Program-made: the position numbers and the translations under genes
In this document: piece by piece, positions 9,301 to 18,186 of the stretch
How the letters are laid out: each line of letters begins with the position of its first letter
How positions within the stretch are numbered: the first letter of the stretch is position 1
The notes under the pieces: generated by a model
Database searches by the model: none
What the model saw: only the letters and a program-made list of their open reading frames with translations
What the model was told of the DNA's origin: nothing
Assembly (NCBI GenBank): GCA_964637135.1
Contig: CAZWTX010000008.1
Location: 62,001 to 88,155 of the forward strand
Direction: 5' to 3'
DNA from: an uncultured Methanospirillum sp.
GTDB lineage: Archaea; Halobacteriota; Methanomicrobia; Methanomicrobiales; Methanospirillaceae
DNA length: 26,155 nt

Positions 9301-9392
9301 CGGGACAGGAGGGAACGGGAGCCAGGTTTGAAATTCGTGTTCCTCCCGGAATATGGCGGCAGAGCCTGGATACCGGTCAGGTACGTGGATAA
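6333..9392 (+). CDS. Hybrid sensor: receiver + about 5 PAS domains + histidine kinase
   Basis: MIAVLFVDDE, SDYEMPGMNG and FTGRG receiver; repeated ESE-x-L..PAS..DIT units; H-box ITRHDIRNKL; YNLLENAIRH; DDGPGI; GMGLF. Start set at ATG 6333 because the ORF-track start at 6201 overlaps the divergent gene. Confidence 0.92.
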   Translation: MIAVLFVDDEPVLLDIGRIYLERTGSFTVTVADSGRAALNAMKTGIFDVIVSDYEMPGMNGISLLKEIRESGDDIPFILFTGRGREEVAGEALNQGAAFYILKGGDPRAQFAELEHKILTAVDHHRGITALRESEQRLADIINFLPDATFAIDRSGTIIAWNRELERMTKKTAGEMVGRGNHAYAIPFYGKSRKMLVDLVFSPDPSVEARYLEFSRDANLVVADSIISDLTDSPRYFRSRASIFYDSGGRPAGAIESLRDITDQKMNELRLRESEEKLRVVTDYTPDWEIWEDPLNGIIYISPSCERITGYSPAEFIGNPSLIDEIIHPDDREKWTMHREVTLHRQLGEELDVRIRTKSGEVRWINHACGPVFSTNGQYIGHIASNHDITDRIYGENAIRESQARIHQVIQYLPFPLLFFHVDTNDVVLFTGANPAAGMILGKAIPFLIGREIGDIVPGNDVHMLAQACRDGATQEENRHVDAFRINPDENSTVYAVDIVPCGKKMVAAVFHEISTMTSGMEAGSSYPRASGNSAISYLSCEKCRVLIDQTRELIAVTRDRNIVYANRRFSEAVLGTGENARGHILTGFFVPEDRYFLEDEVFSGSPAEWSSQNPVRMTGSSGLFWVNLHATKISWEEEEAVLFFFSDVTSQVTAHLSLLESEQNLSGIIDFLPDPTLVIDTTGRILFWNRAIEEMTGVKSEEVLGKGDFQHGLAFYGEKRPMLIDLIQRPDEDIASRYSIHVRDADLLVADTRVKFHGEDRVLWGKAVLLRNSSGEVTGAIETIRDITERIRTQEALREANKKLSLLSQITRHDIRNKLTGLFGYLDLAEDNMTDPEITPLLLRIREIAVFILRQIEMTGEYQSIGAGDPVWHPVRDAFIGAAGSIPAEGISFSYTGDYYEILADPLIDKVFYNLLENAIRHAHGLSRISCSCREEERNLLIHVEDDGPGITNAMKEKIFERGVGSGTGMGLFLVREILSITGIMIQETGQEGTGARFEIRVPPGIWRQSLDTGQVRG

Positions 9393-9823
9393 AAGGAGAG
9401 CGTACCCGAGTTCATACAGTACCGCAGGCCGGTCGGCGGTGGCCCGTCCTCAAAAAGATGGCCGAGGTGTGCACCACAGCGGGCACAAATCACCTCGGTC
9501 CGGATCATTCCGAATGATCGATCAGTCCTTGTTCTGATGTTCCGATCAGAGATCGTCCGTGAAAAACTCGGCCAGCCGGTACCGGAATAAAACTTGTCTG
9601 CCGATAAAAAGAGATCAGTACCGCAGCAGATACAGCGGTAGAGCCCCTCCTTGTGATTATTATGGTATATCCCCGAAAAAGCAGGTTCAGTCCCTCCCTG
9701 CCGTGCGATCCGGAACGCTTCGGGAGAAAGACTCTCCTTCCATTCCTCATCACTCTTTTCTACCGGTAAAACCGGGATAATGGTCCCTGATAGTGCATCA
9801 AAAACGAGGATCATATCAGCCAT
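9377..9823 (-). CDS. msrB: Peptide-methionine (R)-S-oxide reductase MsrB (Zn-binding, Cys form)
   Basis: KSDEEWK, GTEPAFSG, CICCGTDLF, KFYSGTGWPSF, RTEVICARCGAHLGHLFEDGPPPTGLRYCMNS. Confidence 0.96.
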   Translation of the reverse strand: MADMILVFDALSGTIIPVLPVEKSDEEWKESLSPEAFRIARQGGTEPAFSGIYHNNHKEGLYRCICCGTDLFLSADKFYSGTGWPSFSRTISDRNIRTRTDRSFGMIRTEVICARCGAHLGHLFEDGPPPTGLRYCMNSGTLSFYPRT

Positions 9824-10529
9824 GACTGATCAGGTCCTTCTGTCTGTTCCCGGTGGTTCCGGTTCCAGTACCCGGGTGGAGTTTTTTCTCCCGTTTTTCC
9901 TTCTTTCTCCGTTCGATAAGCCGTTTTACCTTTCTCAGGCGGTAGAGATCCTCCCGCTCCCGCTCCTCGATGGCAAACCTGATGTACCTCGTCTCTGCTT
10001 TCAGCTGGGGGATGACGATCTGGTCAAGGGCGTTCACCCTTCTCCGGTTCATCTGGATCTCATTTCCAAGCCTTCGAAGAGCGGTTTCTGTTTCGGCAAG
10101 CCCGATGATCATGTCAAGTTCCTCTTCGAACTTCTCGGCAGCCTCGTTAATCCTGCTGCTCATCCCGATGATACTGTACCCCCGCTGCATGACGTTCAGG
10201 GCAATACTTTTCTTCTGAATCTCCGGGACCAGGACTCCCATGACATTCTTTACGCATATATCCACCATTATCTGCCGTTTTGTTGAGAATGAGGCGGCTT
10301 TCAGGGTGAGTGGATCATCAACCGCCTGGGCGATGAGGAGGGCCCGCTCTGCTTTTATCGCCAGTTCTTCGAGTTCTGTCCGTGAGCGGGAGAAGGTTGT
10401 CATGATCCTGAAGAACTCCATGATCAGGGCCTCCATCTTCTCCTTGAGGAGATCCCGTCCCTGTTCGGCGAGAGCTATCTGCCCCCGCTTCTTCATGAGT
10501 TCCATCCTGGTCGGATTCACCTGTTCCAT
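9816..10529 (-). CDS. atpD: A/V-type ATP synthase subunit D (central stalk)
   Basis: VNPTRMELMK, GRDLLKEKMEAL, KNVMGVLVP, RRLGNEIQMNRRRVNALDQIVIP and EEREREDLYRLRKVK; it is the last ATPase gene of the operon. Confidence 0.93.
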   Translation of the reverse strand: MEQVNPTRMELMKKRGQIALAEQGRDLLKEKMEALIMEFFRIMTTFSRSRTELEELAIKAERALLIAQAVDDPLTLKAASFSTKRQIMVDICVKNVMGVLVPEIQKKSIALNVMQRGYSIIGMSSRINEAAEKFEEELDMIIGLAETETALRRLGNEIQMNRRRVNALDQIVIPQLKAETRYIRFAIEEREREDLYRLRKVKRLIERRKKEKREKKLHPGTGTGTTGNRQKDLISHG

Positions 10530-10530
10530 A

Positions 10531-11925
10531 TCACCCCTCCCCTGCCGGGTGGTACCTCGCGATATACTCTTTCTTTATCCGTTTCAGTTCCTGAACCGGC
10601 AGGAGCGAGAGGAGATTCCAGGCGATTTCAAACGTGGTCCCGATCCCGCGATCTTCGTTCCCCTGCGAAATGAACTCCTGTTCGATCTGGTATGCAAACT
10701 GGAGGTATTCCCTGTCAAGTGCCGAGAGTGCCTCCTCGCCGACGATCGCAACGAGGCGGCGGAGATCCCTCCCGTAGGCATACGATGCGTACAACTGGTC
10801 GGCAACGTTACGGTGATCCTCCCGTGTCTTCCCCTCACCGATGCCGAGGTTCATGAGCCGTGAGAGACAGGGAAGAACATCTATCGGCGGGGTAACCCCC
10901 TTGCGGAAGAGATCGCGTGAGAGGACGATCTGTCCCTCGGTGATGTACCCGGTCAGATCAGGAACCGGATGGGTGATGTCGTCGTCTGGCATCGTCAGGA
11001 TTGGGATCTGGGTGATTGATCCCTGGCACCCCCGGATTCTTCCGGCACGCTCGTAAATCTGGGCGAGATCGGTATACATGTACCCGGGATATCCGCGGCG
11101 TCCGGGGATCTCCTCGCGTGCGGTGGAGATCTCCCGGAGGGCGTCACAGTAGTTGGTCATATCGGTGAGGATGACAAGAACATGCATCCCGTGGGTGTAT
11201 GCGAGGTACTCGGCAACGGTCAGAGCACAGCGTGGAGTAGCAATTCGTTCGATCGTCGGGTCATCAGCGAGGTTTAAGAAGAAGATGACCCTCTCCAGGG
11301 CCCCGCTTTCCTCGAACTCGTGCATAAAGAAGGAGGCTTCCTTGTAGGTGATCCCCATGGCTGCAAATACGACCGCGAAATGTTCTCCCTCCCCGAGCAC
11401 CTTTGCCTGTCTCGCAATCTGGGCTGCAAGCTGGTTTGCGGGCAGTCCGGCACCTGAGAAGATCGGGAGTTTCTGTCCACGTACCAGGGTATTCAGAAGA
11501 TCGATCGCTGATATCCCGGTCTGGATGAATTCAGCCGGCTTCTCCCGTGCATATGGGTTGAGAGGCGTTCCGGAGATCCCGATCCGTGCATCAGGAATCA
11601 CTGCCGGACCGCCATCCCGCGGCTTGCCGACACCGTTCAGTACCCTCCCGAGCATGTTCCTGGAAACGTCAATATGGGAGGCCTTTCCGGTGAACGTGAC
11701 TGCGGTTTTCTCGTTATCGATTCCGCTCGTACCCTCGAAGACCTGGACAACCGCGATATCCTCCGAGATATCGAGGATCTCTCCAGTCCGCTCTTCACCG
11801 TCCGGGAGGATTATCCTGGCGGTTTCCCCGTACGAGATGATCTTCGGACGTTCCACGAATATCAACGGCCCGGAGGCATACCCGACCGTTTCGTACCTGA
11901 CCGTCAGGAGCTGGTCATGCTGCAT
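10531..11925 (-). CDS. atpB: A/V-type ATP synthase subunit B
   Basis: [60 protein letters not shown] and [20 protein letters not shown]. Start set at ATG 11925 behind GGAGGTG, overlapping the end of atpA. Confidence 0.96.
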   Translation of the reverse strand: MQHDQLLTVRYETVGYASGPLIFVERPKIISYGETARIILPDGEERTGEILDISEDIAVVQVFEGTSGIDNEKTAVTFTGKASHIDVSRNMLGRVLNGVGKPRDGGPAVIPDARIGISGTPLNPYAREKPAEFIQTGISAIDLLNTLVRGQKLPIFSGAGLPANQLAAQIARQAKVLGEGEHFAVVFAAMGITYKEASFFMHEFEESGALERVIFFLNLADDPTIERIATPRCALTVAEYLAYTHGMHVLVILTDMTNYCDALREISTAREEIPGRRGYPGYMYTDLAQIYERAGRIRGCQGSITQIPILTMPDDDITHPVPDLTGYITEGQIVLSRDLFRKGVTPPIDVLPCLSRLMNLGIGEGKTREDHRNVADQLYASYAYGRDLRRLVAIVGEEALSALDREYLQFAYQIEQEFISQGNEDRGIGTTFEIAWNLLSLLPVQELKRIKKEYIARYHPAGEG

Positions 11926-13661
11926 GCCTGCACCTCCAGTTCTTCGGCTTCTTCCCATACCCGGTCGGTCATCTTCCGGATAGCGTCGATATCAGTTTCT
12001 TCTTTCATCCGTGCAATCTCCTGCCTGACCTGCATTCCAAGGAGCTGGCTGAGCGGCACGCCTCTCCGCATTGTTGCCCGAATAGATTCGTAGTACCAGA
12101 GGATCACCTTCAGCATCCAGTACTGCTTTTCAAGACTGCAGAATGCATCTTCCTCGCTGTATGCATTTTGCTGGAGGAAATCCTCCCTGATTATCCGGGT
12201 GATCTCAAGAATTGCCTTCTCCTTGTCTGGAAGGGCATCCGGCCCGACAAGCTGGACGATCTCCTGGAGTTCCACTTCCTTCTGGAGAAGAAACATAGCC
12301 TGACTCCTGAGATCCAGCCAGTCAGGGGCAGTCTCTTCACGGTACCACGAACTGATACTGTCAAGATAGAGGGAGTAACTCCTGATCCAGTTCACCGAGG
12401 GAAAATGTCTCCGGTATGCCAGTTGGGCGTCCAGGGCCCAGAATGTTCCTGCGATACGAAGGGTGTTCTGAGTGATCGGTTCGGAAAAATCTCCTCCGGG
12501 AGGGGAGACCGCACCGACGATTGTGACTGAACCGGTCCGTTCTTCTTTTCCAAGGCATATCACCCTTCCTGCCCGTTCATAGAAGGCTGCGAGCCGTGTT
12601 GCAAGGTATGCCGGATATCCTTCCTCCCCTGGCATCTCTTCAAGCCTTCCCGAAACCTCGCGGAGTGCTTCGCCCCACCGGGAGGTTGAATCTGCCATCA
12701 GGCCGACATCGTATCCCATGTCCCTGAAATACTCGGCGATGGTGATACCGGTGTAGATAGATGCTTCCCGTGCGGCAACCGGCATGTTCGAGGTATTCGC
12801 GATCATGATCGTCCGTTGGATGAGCGGGTGGCCGGTCCGGGGATCGACAAGTTCCGGAAACTCGGTGAGAACATCAGTCATCTCGTTACCCCGCTCCCCG
12901 CAGCCGATATAAACGACCACCTGGGTATCGGCCCATTTTGCAAGGGTCTGCTCAGAAACGGTCTTCCCAGTCCCGAACCCCCCCGGGATCATCGCGGTAC
13001 CCCCCTTGACAAGCGGAAAGATACAGTCAAAGACCCTTTGGCCGGTGAGAAGGGGAACCTTCGGGTCAAGCCGCCTGACAAACCGCCTCCCTTTCCTGAC
13101 CGGCCACTGATGCATCAGGAAAAGGGACGTGCCGTCGGTCAGGGTCCCGATTGGTTCATCGACCGTGTACTCCCCTGCCCTGATATCCTGAACAGTGCCG
13201 GATACTCCGGGTGGGACAAGGATCCGGTGGACAAGATGGTACTCGGGTACTTCTCCGAGGATGTCCCCCTCACTGACCATATCCTGTGGCCTGACAATCG
13301 GGGTGAACTGCCAGGTCTTCTTCCGGTCAAGGGCAGGAACCTTCAGTCCCTTTCCGATAAAATTCCCGGTCTCTTCAAAGAGACCAGGCAGGGGACGCTG
13401 TACCCCGTCATAGATGGAGGCGAGCAGTCCGGGTCCGAGTTCAACAGAGAGGGCAAGTCCGGTGTTCTCCACCGGTTCCCCGATGAAAAGACCGATTGTG
13501 TCCTCGTACACCTGGATAACCGCTTCGTCTCCCTCGAGCCGGATGATCTCGCCGGAAAGGCCGCTGTGGCCGACTCTCACGACATCGTACATCCGTGATC
13601 CACGCATGCCGCCGGCGATGACAACCGGCCCGGATATCCTGATGATTTTTCCAATGATCAT
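11904..13661 (-). CDS. atpA: A/V-type ATP synthase catalytic subunit A
   Basis: P-loop [61 protein letters not shown] and [11 protein letters not shown]; 585 aa with no intein. Confidence 0.97.
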   Translation of the reverse strand: MIIGKIIRISGPVVIAGGMRGSRMYDVVRVGHSGLSGEIIRLEGDEAVIQVYEDTIGLFIGEPVENTGLALSVELGPGLLASIYDGVQRPLPGLFEETGNFIGKGLKVPALDRKKTWQFTPIVRPQDMVSEGDILGEVPEYHLVHRILVPPGVSGTVQDIRAGEYTVDEPIGTLTDGTSLFLMHQWPVRKGRRFVRRLDPKVPLLTGQRVFDCIFPLVKGGTAMIPGGFGTGKTVSEQTLAKWADTQVVVYIGCGERGNEMTDVLTEFPELVDPRTGHPLIQRTIMIANTSNMPVAAREASIYTGITIAEYFRDMGYDVGLMADSTSRWGEALREVSGRLEEMPGEEGYPAYLATRLAAFYERAGRVICLGKEERTGSVTIVGAVSPPGGDFSEPITQNTLRIAGTFWALDAQLAYRRHFPSVNWIRSYSLYLDSISSWYREETAPDWLDLRSQAMFLLQKEVELQEIVQLVGPDALPDKEKAILEITRIIREDFLQQNAYSEEDAFCSLEKQYWMLKVILWYYESIRATMRRGVPLSQLLGMQVRQEIARMKEETDIDAIRKMTDRVWEEAEELEVQACSMTSS

Positions 13662-13662
13662 T

Positions 13663-13980
13663 TCAACTCCTCATCACGATGTTATAGCCTATCGCCCGTC
13701 GCAGCAATCCTTCGATATACCGGTTCATGGAGGTGTTTTTCCCGGGAGCCGGGATCGCGATGATCACCGGGTGGTACACGTGCTCGATAGAGGCAAAAAC
13801 TCCTTCAAGCCCGGGAAGATAATCCTCCCTTATCGCGATTATCCCGACCTCTTCGTCCTGTAAGAGCTGGTTCAGGACCTCTTCGGCAGATGTACTGTTC
13901 TCCGCTTCGAGTACTTCTGCCCCGGCAAGCCTGAATCCGGCGCCCGAGTCGGCATCGGTGATTACCATCACTTTATACAT
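13663..13980 (-). CDS. atpF: A/V-type ATP synthase subunit F
   Basis: [20 protein letters not shown]...VGIIAI...PVIIAIP...LLRRAIG; lies between C and A. Confidence 0.92.
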   Translation of the reverse strand: MYKVMVITDADSGAGFRLAGAEVLEAENSTSAEEVLNQLLQDEEVGIIAIREDYLPGLEGVFASIEHVYHPVIIAIPAPGKNTSMNRYIEGLLRRAIGYNIVMRS

Positions 13981-15022
13981 AGATCAGTTCAGCCTCCACA
14001 TCTTCAGGAGGTACCAGGGCTTCCTTGCACCGGGCAATGATCCGCAGGTTCGTGATCTCGGTGTGTTTCGCCCAGAGATACCCGGTTACAATGGTTATCG
14101 AGAGCGGATCTCCCCGGTACAATCTCACAGCCCGGGTGGTGAGGTACCGATCAAGGAGCCGCTCGTATACCGATACCGGGATGGTGCCTTCCGGCGGCTG
14201 CGGGTACCCGGCAAGAAACCGGTATGGGGTGGATGCGAGGGCATCTGCCACGTCGGTCACGGCAGCCAGGTGAAGGAGGGGTATCAGCCGTTTTAGCGGG
14301 AGTGCCAATCCCCCGTCGAGAAGGACGTTCCGGCCTTCTTCAGGGTCGATATGGTCCTTGACCAGCATGAGGACCGACTTGATGTTCACGATATCTATCT
14401 CGGTCTTCAGAAGATTGCTGAGGATCCGATCGTCTCTGCTCCTCCCCTTAACCAGGGCAAGAGCCTGGTGGTAGTAATAACGGTCAAGGGCATATTCGAG
14501 TACTACCGTGTCAGTCCGCCTGAGATACTCTTCAAACGCCCCGACAAGAGGGGCTGCATAATCACTCTGAAACGTGGCCAGGAGATTGATGACTCCTTTC
14601 AGGTCCGGCTGCCGGATCATCTCGGTGAGAATACTCTCATCGAAGGAACCTGCAGGAATGAGGCTGTCAAGGATCTCCTGAGGTGGTGCGGAGACCTTCT
14701 TTCCCCTCAGGATCGTCTTCAGGTTCTGGATATCCCAGCGGGAGGTGAAGATATCGACATGAACCGATCCTTCAGACCCTCCGGCAAAGGCGAGGATCTT
14801 CCGGAATGTTCCTGTCATGTTTGTCCGGAGGGCCTGTTCAACAGCGTTTATTCCGGAAAAGGTAGCCGTCGCCCGTTCAATATCATCTTTATACGGGGTT
14901 TTTTCCAGCTCGGTGATCAGGGAGTTAATATCCGGCCGGAGAACGAGCCCGGCCATCGTCTGATGATCGAGCAGGCGTGAATGCATTCCCCTCACCCGTG
15001 CATTCACATATCCGGTGTCCAT
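13973..15022 (-). CDS. atpC: A/V-type ATP synthase subunit C (AhaC)
   Basis: YVNARVRGMHSRLL, RWDIQNLKTILRGK, LEYALDRYYY, EIDIVNIK and YLWAKHTEITNLRIIARCK. Confidence 0.93.
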   Translation of the reverse strand: MDTGYVNARVRGMHSRLLDHQTMAGLVLRPDINSLITELEKTPYKDDIERATATFSGINAVEQALRTNMTGTFRKILAFAGGSEGSVHVDIFTSRWDIQNLKTILRGKKVSAPPQEILDSLIPAGSFDESILTEMIRQPDLKGVINLLATFQSDYAAPLVGAFEEYLRRTDTVVLEYALDRYYYHQALALVKGRSRDDRILSNLLKTEIDIVNIKSVLMLVKDHIDPEEGRNVLLDGGLALPLKRLIPLLHLAAVTDVADALASTPYRFLAGYPQPPEGTIPVSVYERLLDRYLTTRAVRLYRGDPLSITIVTGYLWAKHTEITNLRIIARCKEALVPPEDVEAELIYV

Positions 15023-15604
15023 TTATCCTCCGAGAAGCTGGTAGAGGTCAGGAGCGAACTCTTCCGCTGCCTTTGTCAGTCGCGATTCGATCGTGTTTTC
15101 AGCCCTGATGGCATCGTCAGCCGAACCGGCGACAAGACCTCCCATGCACCGGATATCAGGGGTTATACGGCAGGAAATTCCTAACTGGGCAATTATCCGC
15201 TCGCAGAGGACTTCATCCGCGGGATCGACGTGTAGAACAATCTCCTCGCCGGCGAGGCCGTTAAGTACGGAGACGAGATACTGCTGGAATTTTTCCGGGT
15301 AGACGGGGTCATCCCGGAATGCTGAAAACCGTTCTGATGCCGTTTTCATCGCTGACTTCAGCAGTTCTTCACGGGCTGCCGAGACATGCCTGCTGATCTC
15401 GGTTCGTACCTGAAACAGCTGCCTGGTCCGTTCCTGACCGGTAGATCGCCGTGCTTCTTCGAGGTACCGGCGGGTGATCTCACCTGCCCGCTCCTTTGCT
15501 TCTACAAGGATCTCCCTGACCTCCTCTTCTGCCTTTTCCAGTGTTTCCTGTTTTTTTGCTGCCGCAGCAGTCTCCATGGATCTGATCAGTTCCTCGAATG
15601 CCAC
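15023..15604 (-). CDS. atpE: A/V-type ATP synthase subunit E (peripheral stalk)
   Basis: N-terminal charged coiled coil and C-terminal MGGLVAGSADDAIRAENTIESRL. Start set at GTG 15604, 5 nt after GGAGGTGA (the ORF track gives 15613). Confidence 0.87.
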   Translation of the reverse strand: MAFEELIRSMETAAAAKKQETLEKAEEEVREILVEAKERAGEITRRYLEEARRSTGQERTRQLFQVRTEISRHVSAAREELLKSAMKTASERFSAFRDDPVYPEKFQQYLVSVLNGLAGEEIVLHVDPADEVLCERIIAQLGISCRITPDIRCMGGLVAGSADDAIRAENTIESRLTKAAEEFAPDLYQLLGG

Positions 15605-15653
15605 AACTCTCACCTCCCTGTTTTTTACATCCCGTCATGCAGCACCCGGCTGA

Positions 15654-15872
15654 TCACTTTACCATGATAATGATCATTGCCGCTACCACAAACCCAAGAA
15701 TGACCAGTGTTTCAGGAATTGCTTCCAGAACAATGATCGTTCCTGCTGTTTCAGGGCGTTCGGCAATCGTTCCTGCCCCCGCTGCTCCGATTTTTGATTG
15801 TGCGATACCCGTTGCGATAGCCCCGCCCGCAAAAGCGATAGCGGCACCGATTGGGACTTCCCATCCGACCAT
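15654..15872 (-). CDS. atpK: A/V-type ATP synthase proteolipid subunit K/c (single hairpin, 72 aa)
   Basis: MVGWEVPIGAAIAFAGGAIATGIAQSKIGAAGAGTIAERPETAGTIIVLEAIPETLVILGFVVAAMIIIMVK: two TM helices with the conserved PET glutamate. ATG 15872 follows GGAGGAGGT. Confidence 0.93.
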   Translation of the reverse strand: MVGWEVPIGAAIAFAGGAIATGIAQSKIGAAGAGTIAERPETAGTIIVLEAIPETLVILGFVVAAMIIIMVK

Positions 15873-15942
15873 GATACCTCCTCCAGTCTGTCTCTTATTT
15901 TCTGTCTGTACTGCTTTCCCGTGTAATTCCTGTCCCTTTGAG

Positions 15943-17853
15943 TTACATTCTCCCCCTCCCGAATGGCCGGTACGGTTCCCCCCCGCCTTCATAGAACTTG
16001 GAGAAGAACTCAACGACATGTAGCCTGAGCGAATGGATGGAGGGACTGAACATGGCAAGCATGATGTTCAGGGCATGGAGCAGAACCGCAACCATGATTC
16101 CCAGTACGAGCACTTCCATCTCTCCGCCAAGCCTGTTTGCTACCACGGCGAGTATCACTGATGCGAGCCCGATCGCCATCAGACGTGCATATGACATGAT
16201 ATTCCCGATTGTGCCCATCACCTCGATCGCACCAAGGGCTCCCCCCCCGTAGATGAGGAGGATCAGCGAGATGACCATGAGTATCACTGCCGGTAAAAAG
16301 AGTATGGCTGGAATGATACCGGCGGCGATGATCACGATGAGGAGTATCGAGGAGACCACGCCGATCATCCCACACTTTTCACAGAGATGTCTCCGGTTTT
16401 GCCTTACTACGGCATTGTAGGCCCCGATGAACAACCCGAGAAAGACATGGACGATCCCTATCCCAATGGTCAACAAAAGCAGGGGGATGATCGCTTCGAC
16501 CCGGTTCCAGGTGATACCAAAGAGTTCAACCGGGTGGAGCAGCCCCAGGTGTTCTCCGAAATCTCCGAAGAATTCCCCGAAGAGATACCCGAATATGATC
16601 GTCGGGATGGCAGATATGGAAAGGATTGATGTGATCTGTCGGATCCAGAGTTCACTGCCCATTCGCCATCTGATGAGCTGCGCTACGAGAAGGATACACA
16701 GACCATATCCAATATCCCCCACGATAAGCCCGAAAAAGAGCGGGAAGAAGATCGCGATGATCGGGGTTGGATCAACCTCCATATACCGGGGCGGGCCCAC
16801 CAGCTGCATGAAAAACTCGTATGGCCTCGCCCAGAACGGGTTGTCATAAAAGACCGGCGCTCTCTCCCAGGCGGCCGGTTCATCGGGAAGAACGGTGATG
16901 ACAACCCGATCCCCGAATCGCTCTTTCAACTGTTTCCTGGTGTCAGGGAGGAATTTTTTGGGGATCCATCCCCTGACGAGAAAGGTGTAATCTGTCCTGA
17001 CAAACCTGCTGTACGAACTGATCTCACAGAGCCGGTCCTCAAGGAGTTGTTCGATGTGCAGGAGTTCATCAAGGTGAACAGATGCCGAACGTTTAAACCG
17101 GGCGTCGATCCGTTCTATCTCTTCTGATGCTGCCCTGATATCCGCCTCAATCCTGGAACAGGCCTCTTCAAGCGGCATGTTAGCATACTCATCCGGGATC
17201 TTCACCTCGCTGACATTCTTGGCATAAAGAAACTCGTGTACCTGGCGTGAATACTTCCGGTTGAATATCGTGATGACCGCAAGACTCTTCTCGTCGAGAT
17301 CAGCCGATACAAACTCGAACTGTCTTTTCGTTATGGATGAAATAAAGGGCCTGATGATCCCGAGGACATCCTCGTATTCTTTCTGGATAATGAGAATGGT
17401 AACTTCAAATCCTTCGAGTGCCGGGATCTGGCGCTCGAGCGGGGAGATCTTCCTGAGGATCTGTTTGTACCGTTCAAGGGTCTGGATCCGGAGGGTCAGG
17501 TCTCCTTTCCTTGTGGCACTTGTCCGCACTTCGTCATCAAGAGCACGAAAGGCTGTCTCTGCATACCTGATAAGATCCTCGTCAGCCATGACCGGTTCAT
17601 GTTCCCGCTTCTCTTCCGTTCCTTTCGCCGGGGTAAACTCTTTGAGGATACTCACAAGGCCCCTGATCCGGATGAGGAGGTCCTGCATCTCTTCCGCTCC
17701 CGGATGTTCGATCCGGTAGACACCTGTTCCTGGGGGAACCTGTTCCACGGCGTCCACAAGATGAAGGCTCCCGGCCTGGTACAGCGTATCCACGATCTGC
17801 TGGTACTCATCCCGTGGCCCGATAACCAGGATATCCTTCATCTTCTGGAGCAT
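15943..17853 (-). CDS. atpI: A/V-type ATP synthase subunit I/a
   Basis: Soluble N-terminal half, then PRYMEVDPT, FFGLIVGDIGYG, GEFFG, SYARLMAIGLA (essential Arg) and HSLRLHVVEFFSKFYEGGG. Confidence 0.95.
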   Translation of the reverse strand: MLQKMKDILVIGPRDEYQQIVDTLYQAGSLHLVDAVEQVPPGTGVYRIEHPGAEEMQDLLIRIRGLVSILKEFTPAKGTEEKREHEPVMADEDLIRYAETAFRALDDEVRTSATRKGDLTLRIQTLERYKQILRKISPLERQIPALEGFEVTILIIQKEYEDVLGIIRPFISSITKRQFEFVSADLDEKSLAVITIFNRKYSRQVHEFLYAKNVSEVKIPDEYANMPLEEACSRIEADIRAASEEIERIDARFKRSASVHLDELLHIEQLLEDRLCEISSYSRFVRTDYTFLVRGWIPKKFLPDTRKQLKERFGDRVVITVLPDEPAAWERAPVFYDNPFWARPYEFFMQLVGPPRYMEVDPTPIIAIFFPLFFGLIVGDIGYGLCILLVAQLIRWRMGSELWIRQITSILSISAIPTIIFGYLFGEFFGDFGEHLGLLHPVELFGITWNRVEAIIPLLLLTIGIGIVHVFLGLFIGAYNAVVRQNRRHLCEKCGMIGVVSSILLIVIIAAGIIPAILFLPAVILMVISLILLIYGGGALGAIEVMGTIGNIMSYARLMAIGLASVILAVVANRLGGEMEVLVLGIMVAVLLHALNIMLAMFSPSIHSLRLHVVEFFSKFYEGGGEPYRPFGRGRM

Positions 17854-17857
17854 TTTC

Positions 17858-18175
17858 TCACCCCCTGACCTGTCTGACGATCATCTCCACGACCCGTTCA
17901 AGGTTCTGCCTCCCGGTCTCCCGGATTGCCTGGATCTCATCCTCGCCTGATTTTCTGATGGCAGTGATCTCAATTTCCAGTTTTTTCCTCTCTTCTTCAA
18001 CAAGACTGGCAGCTTCCCGTCTCCCGGTTTCTTCTGCCTCCTTCAGCATTGCAGAAGCCCTGACCCGGGCATCATGCACCAGATTCTCGGCTACCAGGCA
18101 GACCTGATCGCATGACTCCTTCAGTTCAGTCTCCTTGGCAGAGATGTCATCAAGAATAAAACGCCTCTCTTCCAT
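17858..18175 (-). CDS. atpH: A/V-type ATP synthase subunit H/G (peripheral stalk)
   Basis: About 105-aa charged helical protein (ILDDISAKETEL...ARVRASAMLKEAEETG...NLERVVEMIV) directly before atpI. ATG 18175 follows GAGGTGA. Confidence 0.8.
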   Translation of the reverse strand: MEERRFILDDISAKETELKESCDQVCLVAENLVHDARVRASAMLKEAEETGRREAASLVEEERKKLEIEITAIRKSGEDEIQAIRETGRQNLERVVEMIVRQVRG

Positions 18176-18186
18176 CGGTATCACCT

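Noticed and set aside
9377..9823. Selenocysteine or pyrrolysine recoding in MsrB or elsewhere
   Set aside because: The catalytic residue is Cys (RYCMNS), and no in-frame TGA/TAG interrupts a conserved domain.
11904..13661. Intein in subunit A
   Set aside because: Length is normal and the P-loop GKT is contiguous with the downstream sequence.
12816..14980. Long plus-strand ORFs opposite atpA, atpF and atpC (similarly 24252..25079 opposite lysA/RPA)
   Set aside because: Shadow frames of well-conserved genes in moderately GC-rich DNA; no independent motifs.
15708..15776. AGTI..PET repeated twice in atpK with near-identical codons
   Set aside because: Both copies fall at ordinary loop and helix-2 positions of c subunits; too short to claim a duplication.
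15873..16058. 62-aa N-terminal extension of atpK in the ORF track
   Set aside because: Overlaps atpI and is non-proteolipid in character; a strong SD marks ATG 15872.
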